Source: an uncultured Phycisphaerales bacterium (GTDB taxonomy: Bacteria > Planctomycetota > Phycisphaerae > Sedimentisphaerales > Anaerobacaceae). From it: a stretch of DNA of 64,000 bases. The stretch lies in NCBI GenBank assembly GCA_963718665.1, contig OY970359.1, positions 2,432,001 to 2,496,000 of the forward strand. Reading direction: 5' to 3'. This document shows, one piece after another, positions 42,371-52,354 of the stretch. The position numbers were made by a program, and so were the translations under genes. The stretch's first letter is position 1, and each line of letters starts with the position of its first letter. Below the pieces are notes generated by a model. It worked only from the letters and a program-made list of their open reading frames with translations, made no database searches and had not been told where the DNA came from.

Positions 42371-44446
42371 ATGAGGATTAAAATTTACATCGTGGCGGTT
42401 TTGGCTGTTCTTTTGGGAACCGTTAATGTTTTTTCACAGGACTTTTTGGGGCATCGTGATAACTTCAACATCGTTGACTGGAAGTTTTATAAGGGCGATA
42501 TACACTCTGCCGAAAGCGGCGACAAGATATCGGAACAGGGATGGGAAGATGTAACTATACCTCATACCTGGAATGCGAAAGACGTTCTGACTGAGGGAGA
42601 CCATTGTTATCAGGGGGTAGGATGGTATCGAAGCAGTTTTGATTTGCCAAAAAAGCAAAATAGCAGGCGATACTTTATTCGTTTTGAAGGCGTATGCTTG
42701 GTGTCTGATGTATATGTCAACGGTATTTTCATCGGCCGGCACAAAGGCGGTTATTCGGCTTTTTGCTACGAAATTACCCGGCAGGTCAGGACTGGCCGGA
42801 AAAACAGTATTTCCGTCAAGGTGGATAATTCGATGCAGCCGGACGTGGCGCCTTCTGGGACCTATCTTTATCCTTTGTTCGGCGGCATTTACCGTCCTGT
42901 CACCGTATTCAGCACGGATGATTTATGTATTTCACCTCTCGATTACGCTTCGAGTGGGGTATATATTTGCCCCGTGAATGTTTCTGCTAAACAAGCGGAT
43001 ATTGAAGTGGCGACGCTCTTGGATTACAGCGCAGCAAAAGACCCAAACGACGCCGAAGTAATGCTGAAGACGAACGTGCTGGACAATAATAATGTGATTG
43101 CTCAAAAACTTGAGAAAGTCATCGTTAAAAACAGTCAACAGACCAAAAACATTTCGAAAATTCACATAGACAATCCGCATCTCTGGAACGCTAAAAAAGA
43201 CCCGTATTTGTATAAGGTGAATGTTTGCGTGGAAGACACGCAGGGAACAAAAATAGACGAAATAGACCAGCCGCTTGGGCTGCGTTTCTTCGAAGTTGAC
43301 AGGGACAAAGGTCTTATACTGAACGGCCAACCGTATCATTTGCACGGCGTGTGCAGGCACCAGGAATGGGAAGGATTGGGGTCTGCGCTAACCGATAAAC
43401 AGCACGAAAAGGATATCGAACTGATTCTTGAGCTCGGTGCCAATGGCGTTCGTCTGGCTCATTACCAGCAGGCGGACAAGATGTACAGCTTGTGTGACGA
43501 GAAAGGCCTTGTTGTCTGGGCGGAAATCCCGAATACTCCGGCGTATCGGGCGGAAAACCCTGCATATCTTCAGAACTGCAAAGAGCAGCTCACGGAACTT
43601 ATCAAACAAAACTACAATCACCCCGCAATTTTCTTCTGGGGAATGTACAACGAAATTCCAATCTCCGCCGAAGATGTAAAATCGCTGCACCAGACCGCCA
43701 AACAGCTTGACCCCTATCGTTTAACCACTCAGGCGGACTTCACGCAGGTTACAGGCAGACATTTCGTGACCGATGTCGCCGCCTGGAACTGGTACTTCGG
43801 CTGGTACTACGACAAGTTTGACAAATACATCACATGGTATGACAACCTTCACAAACAACACCCCCAAATAAAAGGCGGCCTGAGCGAATACGGCGCCGAA
43901 GGTTGTATCAGCCAGCAACAGGAAGACCCGAATCGCCCTAATCCTTACGGCAGGTTTTTCCCCGAGCAATACCAGCGCCTTTACCACGAGGAGGTCTGGA
44001 AGAATATAAAAGACAGGGACGATATCTGGTGCAAGTTTATATGGAACATGTTCGACTTCAGCTGGACGTTTGCCAAACGCGGCGACCGTGATTTTATTAA
44101 TCACAAAGGGCTTGTTACGCATGACCGCCAGGTGAAAAAAGATGCCTTCTATTTCTACAAGGCAAACTGGTCCGATGAGCCGGTGCTTTACATTCTAAGC
44201 AGACGCAATACACAGCGAACCAAAGAAGCGGCAGAGGTGGCGGTTTATACGAATCTTGACGAGGTCGAGCTGTATGTTAATGAAAAACTGATTTCGAGTA
44301 AGAAAATGGATTCAGATATTCACAAAATTGTCTGGAAAGACATTGTGCTTAGGCCCGGCCCAAATAAGATAAGTGTAATCGGCCAAAAAGGTGATAAGAA
44401 ATACACCGATGCATGCGAATGGACGTATGTAAAAAACAAAGGTTAA
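42371..44446 (+). CDS. Glycoside hydrolase family 2 (beta-galactosidase/glucuronidase-like)
   Basis: IPHTWNA, GVCRHQE, RLAHYQ, NHPAIFFWGMYNE, SEYGA and NHKGLVT motifs. Confidence 0.9.
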   Translation: MRIKIYIVAVLAVLLGTVNVFSQDFLGHRDNFNIVDWKFYKGDIHSAESGDKISEQGWEDVTIPHTWNAKDVLTEGDHCYQGVGWYRSSFDLPKKQNSRRYFIRFEGVCLVSDVYVNGIFIGRHKGGYSAFCYEITRQVRTGRKNSISVKVDNSMQPDVAPSGTYLYPLFGGIYRPVTVFSTDDLCISPLDYASSGVYICPVNVSAKQADIEVATLLDYSAAKDPNDAEVMLKTNVLDNNNVIAQKLEKVIVKNSQQTKNISKIHIDNPHLWNAKKDPYLYKVNVCVEDTQGTKIDEIDQPLGLRFFEVDRDKGLILNGQPYHLHGVCRHQEWEGLGSALTDKQHEKDIELILELGANGVRLAHYQQADKMYSLCDEKGLVVWAEIPNTPAYRAENPAYLQNCKEQLTELIKQNYNHPAIFFWGMYNEIPISAEDVKSLHQTAKQLDPYRLTTQADFTQVTGRHFVTDVAAWNWYFGWYYDKFDKYITWYDNLHKQHPQIKGGLSEYGAEGCISQQQEDPNRPNPYGRFFPEQYQRLYHEEVWKNIKDRDDIWCKFIWNMFDFSWTFAKRGDRDFINHKGLVTHDRQVKKDAFYFYKANWSDEPVLYILSRRNTQRTKEAAEVAVYTNLDEVELYVNEKLISSKKMDSDIHKIVWKDIVLRPGPNKISVIGQKGDKKYTDACEWTYVKNKG

Positions 44447-44525
44447 AAATCAACAATCAAATATAGATTAAAAATTTTAAAAAGATGGCAGTTCCTCGTC
44501 GCGGTTTACATTTGCCTTTTACTTT

Positions 44526-45221
44526 TTAATTGTCTCTTTGTCCGTAATAGGCGCCTTTGCCATGTTTGCGAAGATAGTGTTTGTCCAATAGTTCCCTGCT
44601 GATTTGACGCTGTTTCGGACTTAACACAAGCGTCCTCATCGCCATTGTCGCTATTTCTTCGAGAACAACCATTGACTCGACTGCCTGCCCCGCGGTTTTT
44701 CCCCAGCTAAACGGCCCGTGGTTCGCGACAAGCGCCGCCCGCATTTGCATCGGGTCAATCTTGGCAAATCGTTTGATAATTGCTTTTCCGGTGTTCAGCT
44801 CGTAGTCGTTTTGTATTTCTTTTTTCGTCAGCGGCTTGGTGACGGGCACCGTGCCGTAAAAATAATCCGCGTGAGTTGTGCCTAAGCACGGTATTTCCCT
44901 GCACGCCTGCGCCCAAACCGTCGCGCTCATCGAGTGCGTGTGACATATCCCGCCTATCGACTTGAAGTTTCGATAAAGCGCAAGATGTGTAGGCGTATCG
45001 GATGATGGTTTGAGATTGCCTTCGACAACTTTACCCGCCAAATCCACCAGCACGATCTTGTCGGCTGTCAGCTCCTCGTAAGATACGCCGCTGGGCTTTA
45101 TCGCGACTATTCCCTCCGCACGGTCGATTCCGCTTACATTGCCCCAGTTGTAAATCACGAGGTTTCGTTTTTGCAGTTCGATATTCGCGTCACAAACAAA
45201 TTTTTTCAGTTCTTCGTGCAT
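44526..45221 (-). CDS. araD: L-ribulose-5-phosphate 4-epimerase
   Basis: WGNVSG, KPSSDTPTH, HTHS, GTTHADYF and HYLRKHG.GAYYGQ motifs. Confidence 0.93.
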   Translation of the reverse strand: MHEELKKFVCDANIELQKRNLVIYNWGNVSGIDRAEGIVAIKPSGVSYEELTADKIVLVDLAGKVVEGNLKPSSDTPTHLALYRNFKSIGGICHTHSMSATVWAQACREIPCLGTTHADYFYGTVPVTKPLTKKEIQNDYELNTGKAIIKRFAKIDPMQMRAALVANHGPFSWGKTAGQAVESMVVLEEIATMAMRTLVLSPKQRQISRELLDKHYLRKHGKGAYYGQRDN

Positions 45222-46894
45222 AGGTCCTTAATATTCAAAAGTTTCTTCATAACGTTCGCCATTGTTCCCGAACCAAAAGCATCATGAATCTGTTTATAAA
45301 GGGCGTAACCCCTTTTGTAAATGGCGTGGTTTTCCGCGATAGGTTTGTAAGTGACCTTTTTTATCCCGCACATCGCCCTCTGCGCCTCGGCAAAATTCTT
45401 ATGACCGCCCGCCGTAACCGCCGCCGCGATTGCCGCTCCGAGCGCGCAGCTTTGTGCCGAGCGTGACACCTTCATTTCCCTGCCTGTAACATCCGCGTAA
45501 ATCTGCATGACCAGCGGGCTTTTTTCCGCTATCCCGCCGCAGTTGATTACTTCCGATACCTTCACTCCGTATTCCTCGAACCTGTTTATGATTGTCAGCG
45601 CCCCGAATGCCGTCGCCTCAATCAGCGCACGGTATATCTCTTCGGGCTTGGTATGCAGCGTCTGTCCCAGAAGCAGCCCCGTCAGCCGCTGGTCAACTAA
45701 AATGGTGCGATTCCCGTTGTTCCAGTCCAGTGCCAGTAATCCCGATTGTCCGGGTTTGAGTTTCGCTGCTTTTTTGGTTAGGGCATCGTGCGAACCCGCT
45801 ATTTTGCCTCCCGGCTGGATATAATTCACAAACCAGTTGAATATGTCCCCAACTGCCGACTGTCCCGCCTCCAGTCCGATATACTCTGGCAATATCGACC
45901 CCTCAACTATTCCGCATATCCCCGGTATGTCCGCCAGCTGTTTGCCTTGTTCTGATACGAGCATATCGCATGTGCTTGTCCCTATTATCTTGACTAACTT
46001 GCCCGGAGCGATGCCTGAGCCAACTGCCCCCAAATGTGCATCGAACGCGCCCACTGCAACCGGTATACCCGCATTCAATCCCAACTTTTTCGCCCATTGC
46101 TGCGTAAGTTTACCCGCCTCTGTTTCGATGGTATATGTCTTGTCATACAGCCGGCCGCGAAGCTCGCCAAGTTTGGGGTCCAATTTCGCTAAAAAATCCT
46201 TCGCAGGCAGTCCGCCCCAGTCCGCGTTGAACATCGCCTTATGTCCCGCCGCGCACCTGCTTCGTTTCATCGCCGCTGGCTTTTCTGTCCCCGTCAGCAC
46301 CGCCGGTATATAATCGCAGCACTCAACCCAGCTGTACGCCGCGTCAAATACCTTCGGGTCAGTTCGCAGGCAATGAAGTATCTTGCTGAAAAACCATTCC
46401 GATGAATATACCTGCCCGCACTTTGCCAGATATTCCGGATGCTCTTTTTTCGCCAGCTCCGTTATTTCCGCCGCCTCCGCGAAACCCGTATGGTCCTTCC
46501 ACAGCCACGCCTGCGCGTTTTTATTCTTCTTAAACTCAGGCAGCATCGCCAGGGGTGTCCCGTTTTTGTCCATTGGCAGGGGGGTTGACCCCGTCGTATC
46601 AACGCCGATCCCGATTACCGCTTCAGGTTTGAATTTCTTATCGCTTTTTTTGGCCTGTCCTGAGCATTGTCGAAGGGCAAGAGTAATCGCCTTTTTGATT
46701 GTTACTTCGATACCTTTGATGTAATCCGCCGGATTCTGTCTTGCGAGATTATGGTCGTTCTTATCTAAGATGATACCTGCTTGTCCCGTCGGGTAATTAT
46801 AAACTGCTGTCCCGATTTCTCTCCCGTCCGCGATATCGACAATTACGCACCGAACCGAATTCGTCCCGTAATCCAATCCTATTGTATATGCCAT
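45206..46894 (-). CDS. araB: Ribulokinase
   Basis: IGLDYGTNS, DTTGST, WKDH, YSSEWF, CAAGHKA and LDWNNGNR motifs. Confidence 0.93.
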   Translation of the reverse strand: MAYTIGLDYGTNSVRCVIVDIADGREIGTAVYNYPTGQAGIILDKNDHNLARQNPADYIKGIEVTIKKAITLALRQCSGQAKKSDKKFKPEAVIGIGVDTTGSTPLPMDKNGTPLAMLPEFKKNKNAQAWLWKDHTGFAEAAEITELAKKEHPEYLAKCGQVYSSEWFFSKILHCLRTDPKVFDAAYSWVECCDYIPAVLTGTEKPAAMKRSRCAAGHKAMFNADWGGLPAKDFLAKLDPKLGELRGRLYDKTYTIETEAGKLTQQWAKKLGLNAGIPVAVGAFDAHLGAVGSGIAPGKLVKIIGTSTCDMLVSEQGKQLADIPGICGIVEGSILPEYIGLEAGQSAVGDIFNWFVNYIQPGGKIAGSHDALTKKAAKLKPGQSGLLALDWNNGNRTILVDQRLTGLLLGQTLHTKPEEIYRALIEATAFGALTIINRFEEYGVKVSEVINCGGIAEKSPLVMQIYADVTGREMKVSRSAQSCALGAAIAAAVTAGGHKNFAEAQRAMCGIKKVTYKPIAENHAIYKRGYALYKQIHDAFGSGTMANVMKKLLNIKDLCTKN

Positions 46895-46909
46895 TTTATA
46901 ATCCCGTAA

Positions 46910-47854
46910 TCAGCTTTTTGCCTTTCGTCTGCCGAGAATCTGGTCGGTTATGACGCCGATAAGAATGACTGTCCCCATCACCGCGAAATTCAGCGAGCTT
47001 GGAATACCTAAGAGATTTACAAGATTCTGCAAAACCTGCAATAGGGCGGCGCCTATAACAATACCGATGACCGAACCCTCGCCCCCGCGAAGTGAACACC
47101 CGCCAAGCACCGCTGCCGCGATTGCGTAAAGCTCGTAAAAATTCCCGTGCGACGAAGGCGAAATCGAATTGGTATAAAACGCCAGCAATATCGCCCCGAT
47201 ACCTGCCATTAACGCTGAAACAACATAAGAGCTTGCGATAACTAAAGATGTATTGATGCCCGAAAATCGCGCCGCCTCCTCATTTCTGCCCACCGCGAAA
47301 AGATACCGCCCATAAACCGAGCGATGCAGAATGACCCACATAATAAAACTGATGATAATCAAAAGAACAAACGGCATAGGTACGCCCAGCACCTCGCCTG
47401 TGGTTAATTTCTGCAATGTCTCGAAACCCGTGCAGTACCCGAAGCCCAGCGTCTGGTCTTCCGCAATATATCGTGCCAGTCCCCTGTAAAATAAAAGTCC
47501 GCACAAAGTAACAATAAAAGATTGCAGATGCATCTTCGCGACTAAGAAACCATGAAAAATGCCTATCACGATGGCAATCAGCAGGAGGGCTGCGATAGCC
47601 AATGGCCAAGGCCAGCCCCACCGCATCAGCATAAACGAAAGCAAAACCCCGAACAATGCGAAAAGCGAACCCACCGAAAGGTCAATCCCGCCCGTGATAA
47701 TGACTATACCCACGCCGATGCTGAATATGCCGAACATTCCGACCAATCGCGCTGTGTTCTGCAAATTCATAACGCTAAGAAACAGCGGATTTAGAATCGC
47801 CACCACAATGCATAAAACAACCAGCATCGCGAATATACCGAGTTCCTTTTTCAT
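46910..47854 (-). CDS. Monosaccharide ABC transporter permease
   Basis: GGIDLSVG, AVGRNEEAARFSGI and YELYAIAAAVLGG motifs. Confidence 0.92.
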   Translation of the reverse strand: MKKELGIFAMLVVLCIVVAILNPLFLSVMNLQNTARLVGMFGIFSIGVGIVIITGGIDLSVGSLFALFGVLLSFMLMRWGWPWPLAIAALLLIAIVIGIFHGFLVAKMHLQSFIVTLCGLLFYRGLARYIAEDQTLGFGYCTGFETLQKLTTGEVLGVPMPFVLLIIISFIMWVILHRSVYGRYLFAVGRNEEAARFSGINTSLVIASSYVVSALMAGIGAILLAFYTNSISPSSHGNFYELYAIAAAVLGGCSLRGGEGSVIGIVIGAALLQVLQNLVNLLGIPSSLNFAVMGTVILIGVITDQILGRRKAKS

Positions 47855-47862
47855 TCTGCTCC

Positions 47863-49392
47863 TTAGTTATCTTTATTGCCTGCCCGGCTCGTCTGCCCGA
47901 CCGCCAATCGCATTACGGCCTCTTCCTCGAACTTGTCGCGCGTCAAAATCCCCGTGATTTGCCCTTCATGCATCACTGCGATGCGGTCGCTGACCCCGAG
48001 AATCTCTTCCATATCCGAGCTTATCATTACAATCACAACCCCGCTGTCCGCCAACTCGCGCATAAGGTGATAAATTTCCGCCTTGGAGCCGACATCGATG
48101 CCGCGCGTCGGCTCATCGAAAATCACAACCTTCGGCTTTAACGCGAGCCATTTCGCCAAAACAACTTTCTGCTGATTTCCGCCGCTGAGGTTTTTAACTA
48201 ATGTCTCTACCGACGTAATTTTCATTTTCAGCTTTTCGCATTGCTTCTCTGAGACGCTTGTTTCCCGTCTGCGTTGTATAAGCCCCAAAGTCGTATAACT
48301 GTTCAAATCAGGCAGCGTTATGTTCTCGCGAAAAGTCATATCTGTTATAAGTCCCGATTTCCTGCGGTTCTCCGGTATAAGGTAAATCCCGTTTTCGATA
48401 GCGTCGCCCGCGCATCGTATCCGCAATTTCTCCCCGCCGACGTTTACCGAGCCGCCCGTAGTCGCTTCAACCCCGAAAATCGCATGTGCCATTTCTGTTC
48501 TGCCCGCGCCGACAAGCCCCGCGAATCCGAGTATCTCCCCGCGTGAGGCCTCGAATGTTATTTTATGGTGCGGATATCTCTGTGTCCTCAAATCGCTGAC
48601 GCTAAAATAATTGTCCCCGGCCTGCGACTTCGGCGAGACAAAAAAATCTTCGAGTTTTCTGCCAATCATCAGCCGGACCATATTGTCGTGAGTTATCTTG
48701 TCCCCTTCGAGCGAGCCGACGTTCGCCCCGTCTCGCAGGCCCACAACACGGTCGGCACATTCCTTAACCTCAGACAATCGGTGCGATATGTAAATGATGC
48801 TTACGCCGTTAGAACGTAATTGCCGTATCACCTCGAAAAGCTTTTTCGCCTCCGACAGCGTCAAACTCGACGTCGGCTCATCCATTATCAACAATCGTGC
48901 GTTTAACGATAACGCCTTCGCCACCTCGACCATTTGTTGTTGTGCGATGGACATCTGGCTCAAAATCGTTTTCGCGGGCAGGTTGAGTCCGAGTTGTTTC
49001 AGGTATGGCTCCGTCTCCGCCCACATCCGCCGCCGGTTGATAATCCTCAATGGCCCCAGCCGAGTCGGCTCTCTGCCCAAAAATATATTCCCCGCGATGC
49101 TTAAATTATCCAGGATATTTAACTCTTGGTGAATAAAGCCAATCCCCAGCTTTATTGCTTCGGACACATTTTTAATAACGACGCCTTCCCCGCCGATTTT
49201 GATTGTCCCCGAGTCCTGCTCCAAAACCCCGCCGAGTATGTTCATCAGCGTTGACTTGCCCGCCCCGTTCTCGCCAATCAGCGCTACCACCTCGCCTGCA
49301 TACACCGTCAGGTCAACCTTATCGAGTGCCTTCACGCCCGGAAAGCTCTTCTCGATTCCCTGCATCTCTAACAATTGTATGTCAGCGGTCAT
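47863..49392 (-). CDS. Monosaccharide ABC transporter ATP-binding protein (RbsA/AraG type)
   Basis: GENGAGKST, DEPT twice and LSGGNQQK. Confidence 0.94.
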   Translation of the reverse strand: MTADIQLLEMQGIEKSFPGVKALDKVDLTVYAGEVVALIGENGAGKSTLMNILGGVLEQDSGTIKIGGEGVVIKNVSEAIKLGIGFIHQELNILDNLSIAGNIFLGREPTRLGPLRIINRRRMWAETEPYLKQLGLNLPAKTILSQMSIAQQQMVEVAKALSLNARLLIMDEPTSSLTLSEAKKLFEVIRQLRSNGVSIIYISHRLSEVKECADRVVGLRDGANVGSLEGDKITHDNMVRLMIGRKLEDFFVSPKSQAGDNYFSVSDLRTQRYPHHKITFEASRGEILGFAGLVGAGRTEMAHAIFGVEATTGGSVNVGGEKLRIRCAGDAIENGIYLIPENRRKSGLITDMTFRENITLPDLNSYTTLGLIQRRRETSVSEKQCEKLKMKITSVETLVKNLSGGNQQKVVLAKWLALKPKVVIFDEPTRGIDVGSKAEIYHLMRELADSGVVIVMISSDMEEILGVSDRIAVMHEGQITGILTRDKFEEEAVMRLAVGQTSRAGNKDN

Positions 49393-49418
49393 AAGTTAGT
49401 AGCAATGAATTTGCGTTA

Positions 49419-50390
49419 TTACTTTTTCAGGATTTCGTGGACCTTGTCCATAAACGGCACAACGTTGTCCTTTTTAATAATGATCGTCGGCACAATAATC
49501 ATCCCGTCCGCCGGTATCTTCGCGTCATTGCCTTTTACTATATCAGCCAGCACCTTCATCGAGCGGTATCCGAACTCGAATGGCTGCTGGACCACCGTCC
49601 CGTATATGTGCCCGTCGCGCACGCCCGTCAGCGTCTCCTCGTTCTCATCGAAGCATACGATTTTCACCTTCTCTAATTTCCCCGCGTCCGTGATTGCGTT
49701 GAGAATGGCAGGCCCGTTGTAATTCCAAAGTCCTACGCAGCACGCCAAATCCGGGTATGTCACCAAAGCGTCCGCTACATTTGCCTTTGCACGAACCTGG
49801 TCCACATCGTCCGTCTTCACGTCGATGATTTCTATTTTCGTCCCCCCGATTGCCTCTATGATGCCCTGTATTCTTTCCTTTGCGTTCTGCGTGTCCTGTT
49901 TACCCACAAACAGCATTATCTTCCCCCCGTTCGGCAGGACCTCTTTTATCATCTCGCCCGCCTGCCTGCCCGCCGCCACGTTGTCCGTCCCGATGTAGCA
50001 TTTACGCTTGCTCCCCGGTATGTCACTGTCGCAGGTAATAACTGCTATCTTCCCCGCAAGCTCATCGATAAACGGCTTCTGATTCAGCGGGTCAACGGGC
50101 GATATCGCTATCCCCTTCACGCCCCTGGCCATCAAATCATCGATAATCCTTCGCTGTTCCGCAGGCGTCGCGTCCGATGTAATCCTGAAATCAACCTCAA
50201 CGTCGGGCGATTCGCTCGCCGCCTTCTCGCATCCTCTCTTCGCGAATACCCAGAAATTCGCCGTGTTGTTCGTTATGAAAGCTAATTTTGTTTTCCCCGC
50301 TTTGCCGCCTTCCTTTTTGGAACACCCATCCGTAAATACCCCCAACACAATCGCACATACCATTAAACTGATGAAAACTGTTTTCTTCAT
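49419..50390 (-). CDS. Sugar ABC transporter substrate-binding lipoprotein
   Basis: Signal peptide ending in GC; YIGTDN, VCFD and VQQPFEFG motifs. Confidence 0.9.
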   Translation of the reverse strand: MKKTVFISLMVCAIVLGVFTDGCSKKEGGKAGKTKLAFITNNTANFWVFAKRGCEKAASESPDVEVDFRITSDATPAEQRRIIDDLMARGVKGIAISPVDPLNQKPFIDELAGKIAVITCDSDIPGSKRKCYIGTDNVAAGRQAGEMIKEVLPNGGKIMLFVGKQDTQNAKERIQGIIEAIGGTKIEIIDVKTDDVDQVRAKANVADALVTYPDLACCVGLWNYNGPAILNAITDAGKLEKVKIVCFDENEETLTGVRDGHIYGTVVQQPFEFGYRSMKVLADIVKGNDAKIPADGMIIVPTIIIKKDNVVPFMDKVHEILKK

Positions 50391-50547
50391 TTTTGAATCC
50401 TTTCATATAGGGTTTTTCATAAGTAATAACGCCTGGTGAAGGACTATTATATGTGTTTGCCCGCTTTCATCAACACCCCTTATAATCTTCTTGTGGCCAA
50501 ATTCGCCTCTAACGTTTAAAATGCCCGATTGTTTGAAAGGGGCCAAA

Positions 50548-52074
50548 ATGAAAAGAACAATCAATATCGTTTGCGTGTCAGTCATCATTGCGTTGTTCGC
50601 CGGCTGCGCAAAACAAACCTGCCAAAATAAACCCGCCGATGCCAAATCAAAGCAGACGTTTACCGCCGATTGGGAATCCCTCAAACAACGCAACCCCGCC
50701 CCCGAGTGGTTCCGCGATGCGAAATTCGGAATATATTTCCACTGGGGTGTTTACTCTGTCCCCGCCTTCGGCAACGAATGGTATCCCCGCAATATGTATG
50801 ATATAAACTCGCCGGAATACAGGCATCACGTCAAGACCTGGGGCGAGCCGAATAAATTCGGCTATCCCGATTTTGTCCCGATGTTCAAAGCCGAGAAATT
50901 CAACGCCGACGAGTGGGCAGACCTCTTCAAAAAAGCAGGCGCACAGTTCGCCGGCCCCGTCGCCGAACACCACGATGGCTTCTCGATGTGGGCGAGCAAA
51001 CGCACCCCCTGGAACGCCAAAGATATGGGCCCTCACCGCGACATCGTAGGCGAGCTTGAAAAAGCAATCCGTAAACGGGGTATGCGATTCGTCACCACCT
51101 TTCACCACGAGCGCAATGGCCTCTACGAAATCACAAAAAATGGCAAAACTTACTGGACAGGCCACTACGAATTCGTCAGACGCTATTTTCCCGACCTCCT
51201 CAACGACCCCTGTCGCGCGATTATGTATGGCTATATGCCCGCCGACAAATTCTACCAGATGTGGCAGGATAAGCTCATCGAGGTCATCGACCATTATCAT
51301 CCCGACCTGATGTATTTCGATGCCTGGCTCGACGAAATCCCCGACAAATATAAGATGGCCTATCTTGCCCATTATTTCAACGATGCCGCTCGATTGAATA
51401 AGGAAGTCGTCGTAACCTGCAAAAATGACCAGCTGCCTCGTGAAGTCGGCATGGAGGATTACGAAAAGGGCAGGGCGGACAAACTCACTGATTTCGTCTG
51501 GCTCACCGACGATACAATCAGCCGCGGTTCCTGGTGCTATACGGAAAACCTTAGCATAAAGAGGTCCCTCGAAATCGTGCGTACCCTTGCGGATATCGTC
51601 AGCAAGAATGGCCAGCTGATGCTCAATATCTCCCCCAAAGCCGATGGAACCATACCGGATAACCAGAAAAAAGTGCTTCTCGAAATTGGCGACTGGCTTA
51701 AAACAAATGGCGAGGCCATTTACGGTACAAGACCGTTTGTCGAATACGGCGAAGGCCCCGCGAAAATGGAATCAGGCGGTGGTTTCGCCAAAATGAAGGG
51801 GGGCTATTCCGCCAAAGATATCCGCTACACCCGCAAAGGCGATACCGTTTACGCCATCGTCCTCGGCTGGCCGGGCGAAAACCAGCAGGTCACAATGACC
51901 CTCTTCGCCAAAGGCGGCAAAGCGGAAAATATAAAGGTCAAGGATGTCACTATGCCGGGCGTCTGGGGCAAAATCAAATGGCAAAGGACCGACGCCGGCC
52001 TCGTCGTTACCACCCCCGCCAAAAAACCCAGCGACCTCGCCATTGTCTTTAAATTAACGACCGATGGAAAATAA
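50548..52074 (+). CDS. Glycoside hydrolase family 29 alpha-L-fucosidase, lipoprotein
   Basis: Lipobox FAGC; WFRDAKFGIYFHWG, EHHDGF, YFD, VSKNG and NGEAIYGTRP motifs. Confidence 0.92.
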   Translation: MKRTINIVCVSVIIALFAGCAKQTCQNKPADAKSKQTFTADWESLKQRNPAPEWFRDAKFGIYFHWGVYSVPAFGNEWYPRNMYDINSPEYRHHVKTWGEPNKFGYPDFVPMFKAEKFNADEWADLFKKAGAQFAGPVAEHHDGFSMWASKRTPWNAKDMGPHRDIVGELEKAIRKRGMRFVTTFHHERNGLYEITKNGKTYWTGHYEFVRRYFPDLLNDPCRAIMYGYMPADKFYQMWQDKLIEVIDHYHPDLMYFDAWLDEIPDKYKMAYLAHYFNDAARLNKEVVVTCKNDQLPREVGMEDYEKGRADKLTDFVWLTDDTISRGSWCYTENLSIKRSLEIVRTLADIVSKNGQLMLNISPKADGTIPDNQKKVLLEIGDWLKTNGEAIYGTRPFVEYGEGPAKMESGGGFAKMKGGYSAKDIRYTRKGDTVYAIVLGWPGENQQVTMTLFAKGGKAENIKVKDVTMPGVWGKIKWQRTDAGLVVTTPAKKPSDLAIVFKLTTDGK

Positions 52075-52099
52075 AATTGCAGTAATTTCTTTATAATGT

Positions 52100-52216
52100 T
52101 TAGCCCGGCAACTTTATTGCCGGGTCATGTATTATGGTTAGCCCCGAAGCCTGCTTCGGGGTCATCCAAATAATATTTAGCCCCGCCATCTTCGCCTTTG
52201 GCGAGTGGCGGGGTTA
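52100..52216. repeat. Three tandem REP-like hairpins (TTAG-CCC...GGG-TYA)
   Basis: Hairpins at 52100-52127, 52138-52164 and 52177-52216. Confidence 0.75.
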
Positions 52217-52354
52217 CTAAATACTATCGACTATCAACTCGCGCAGTGTGGTTTCTTCTTGAACACTCCCCATTTCTCGTTACAATGCATCCCAGAAAAA
52301 AAGATGAACTTTGGCAGAGTGAAAAATAGTGTTTTATCTCTTTAGGTTTTTTCT

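Noticed and set aside
52100..52240. Tandem hairpins as a mini-CRISPR or attC array
   Set aside because: Units differ in sequence, gaps are only about 10-12 nt, and there is no cas gene or integrase.
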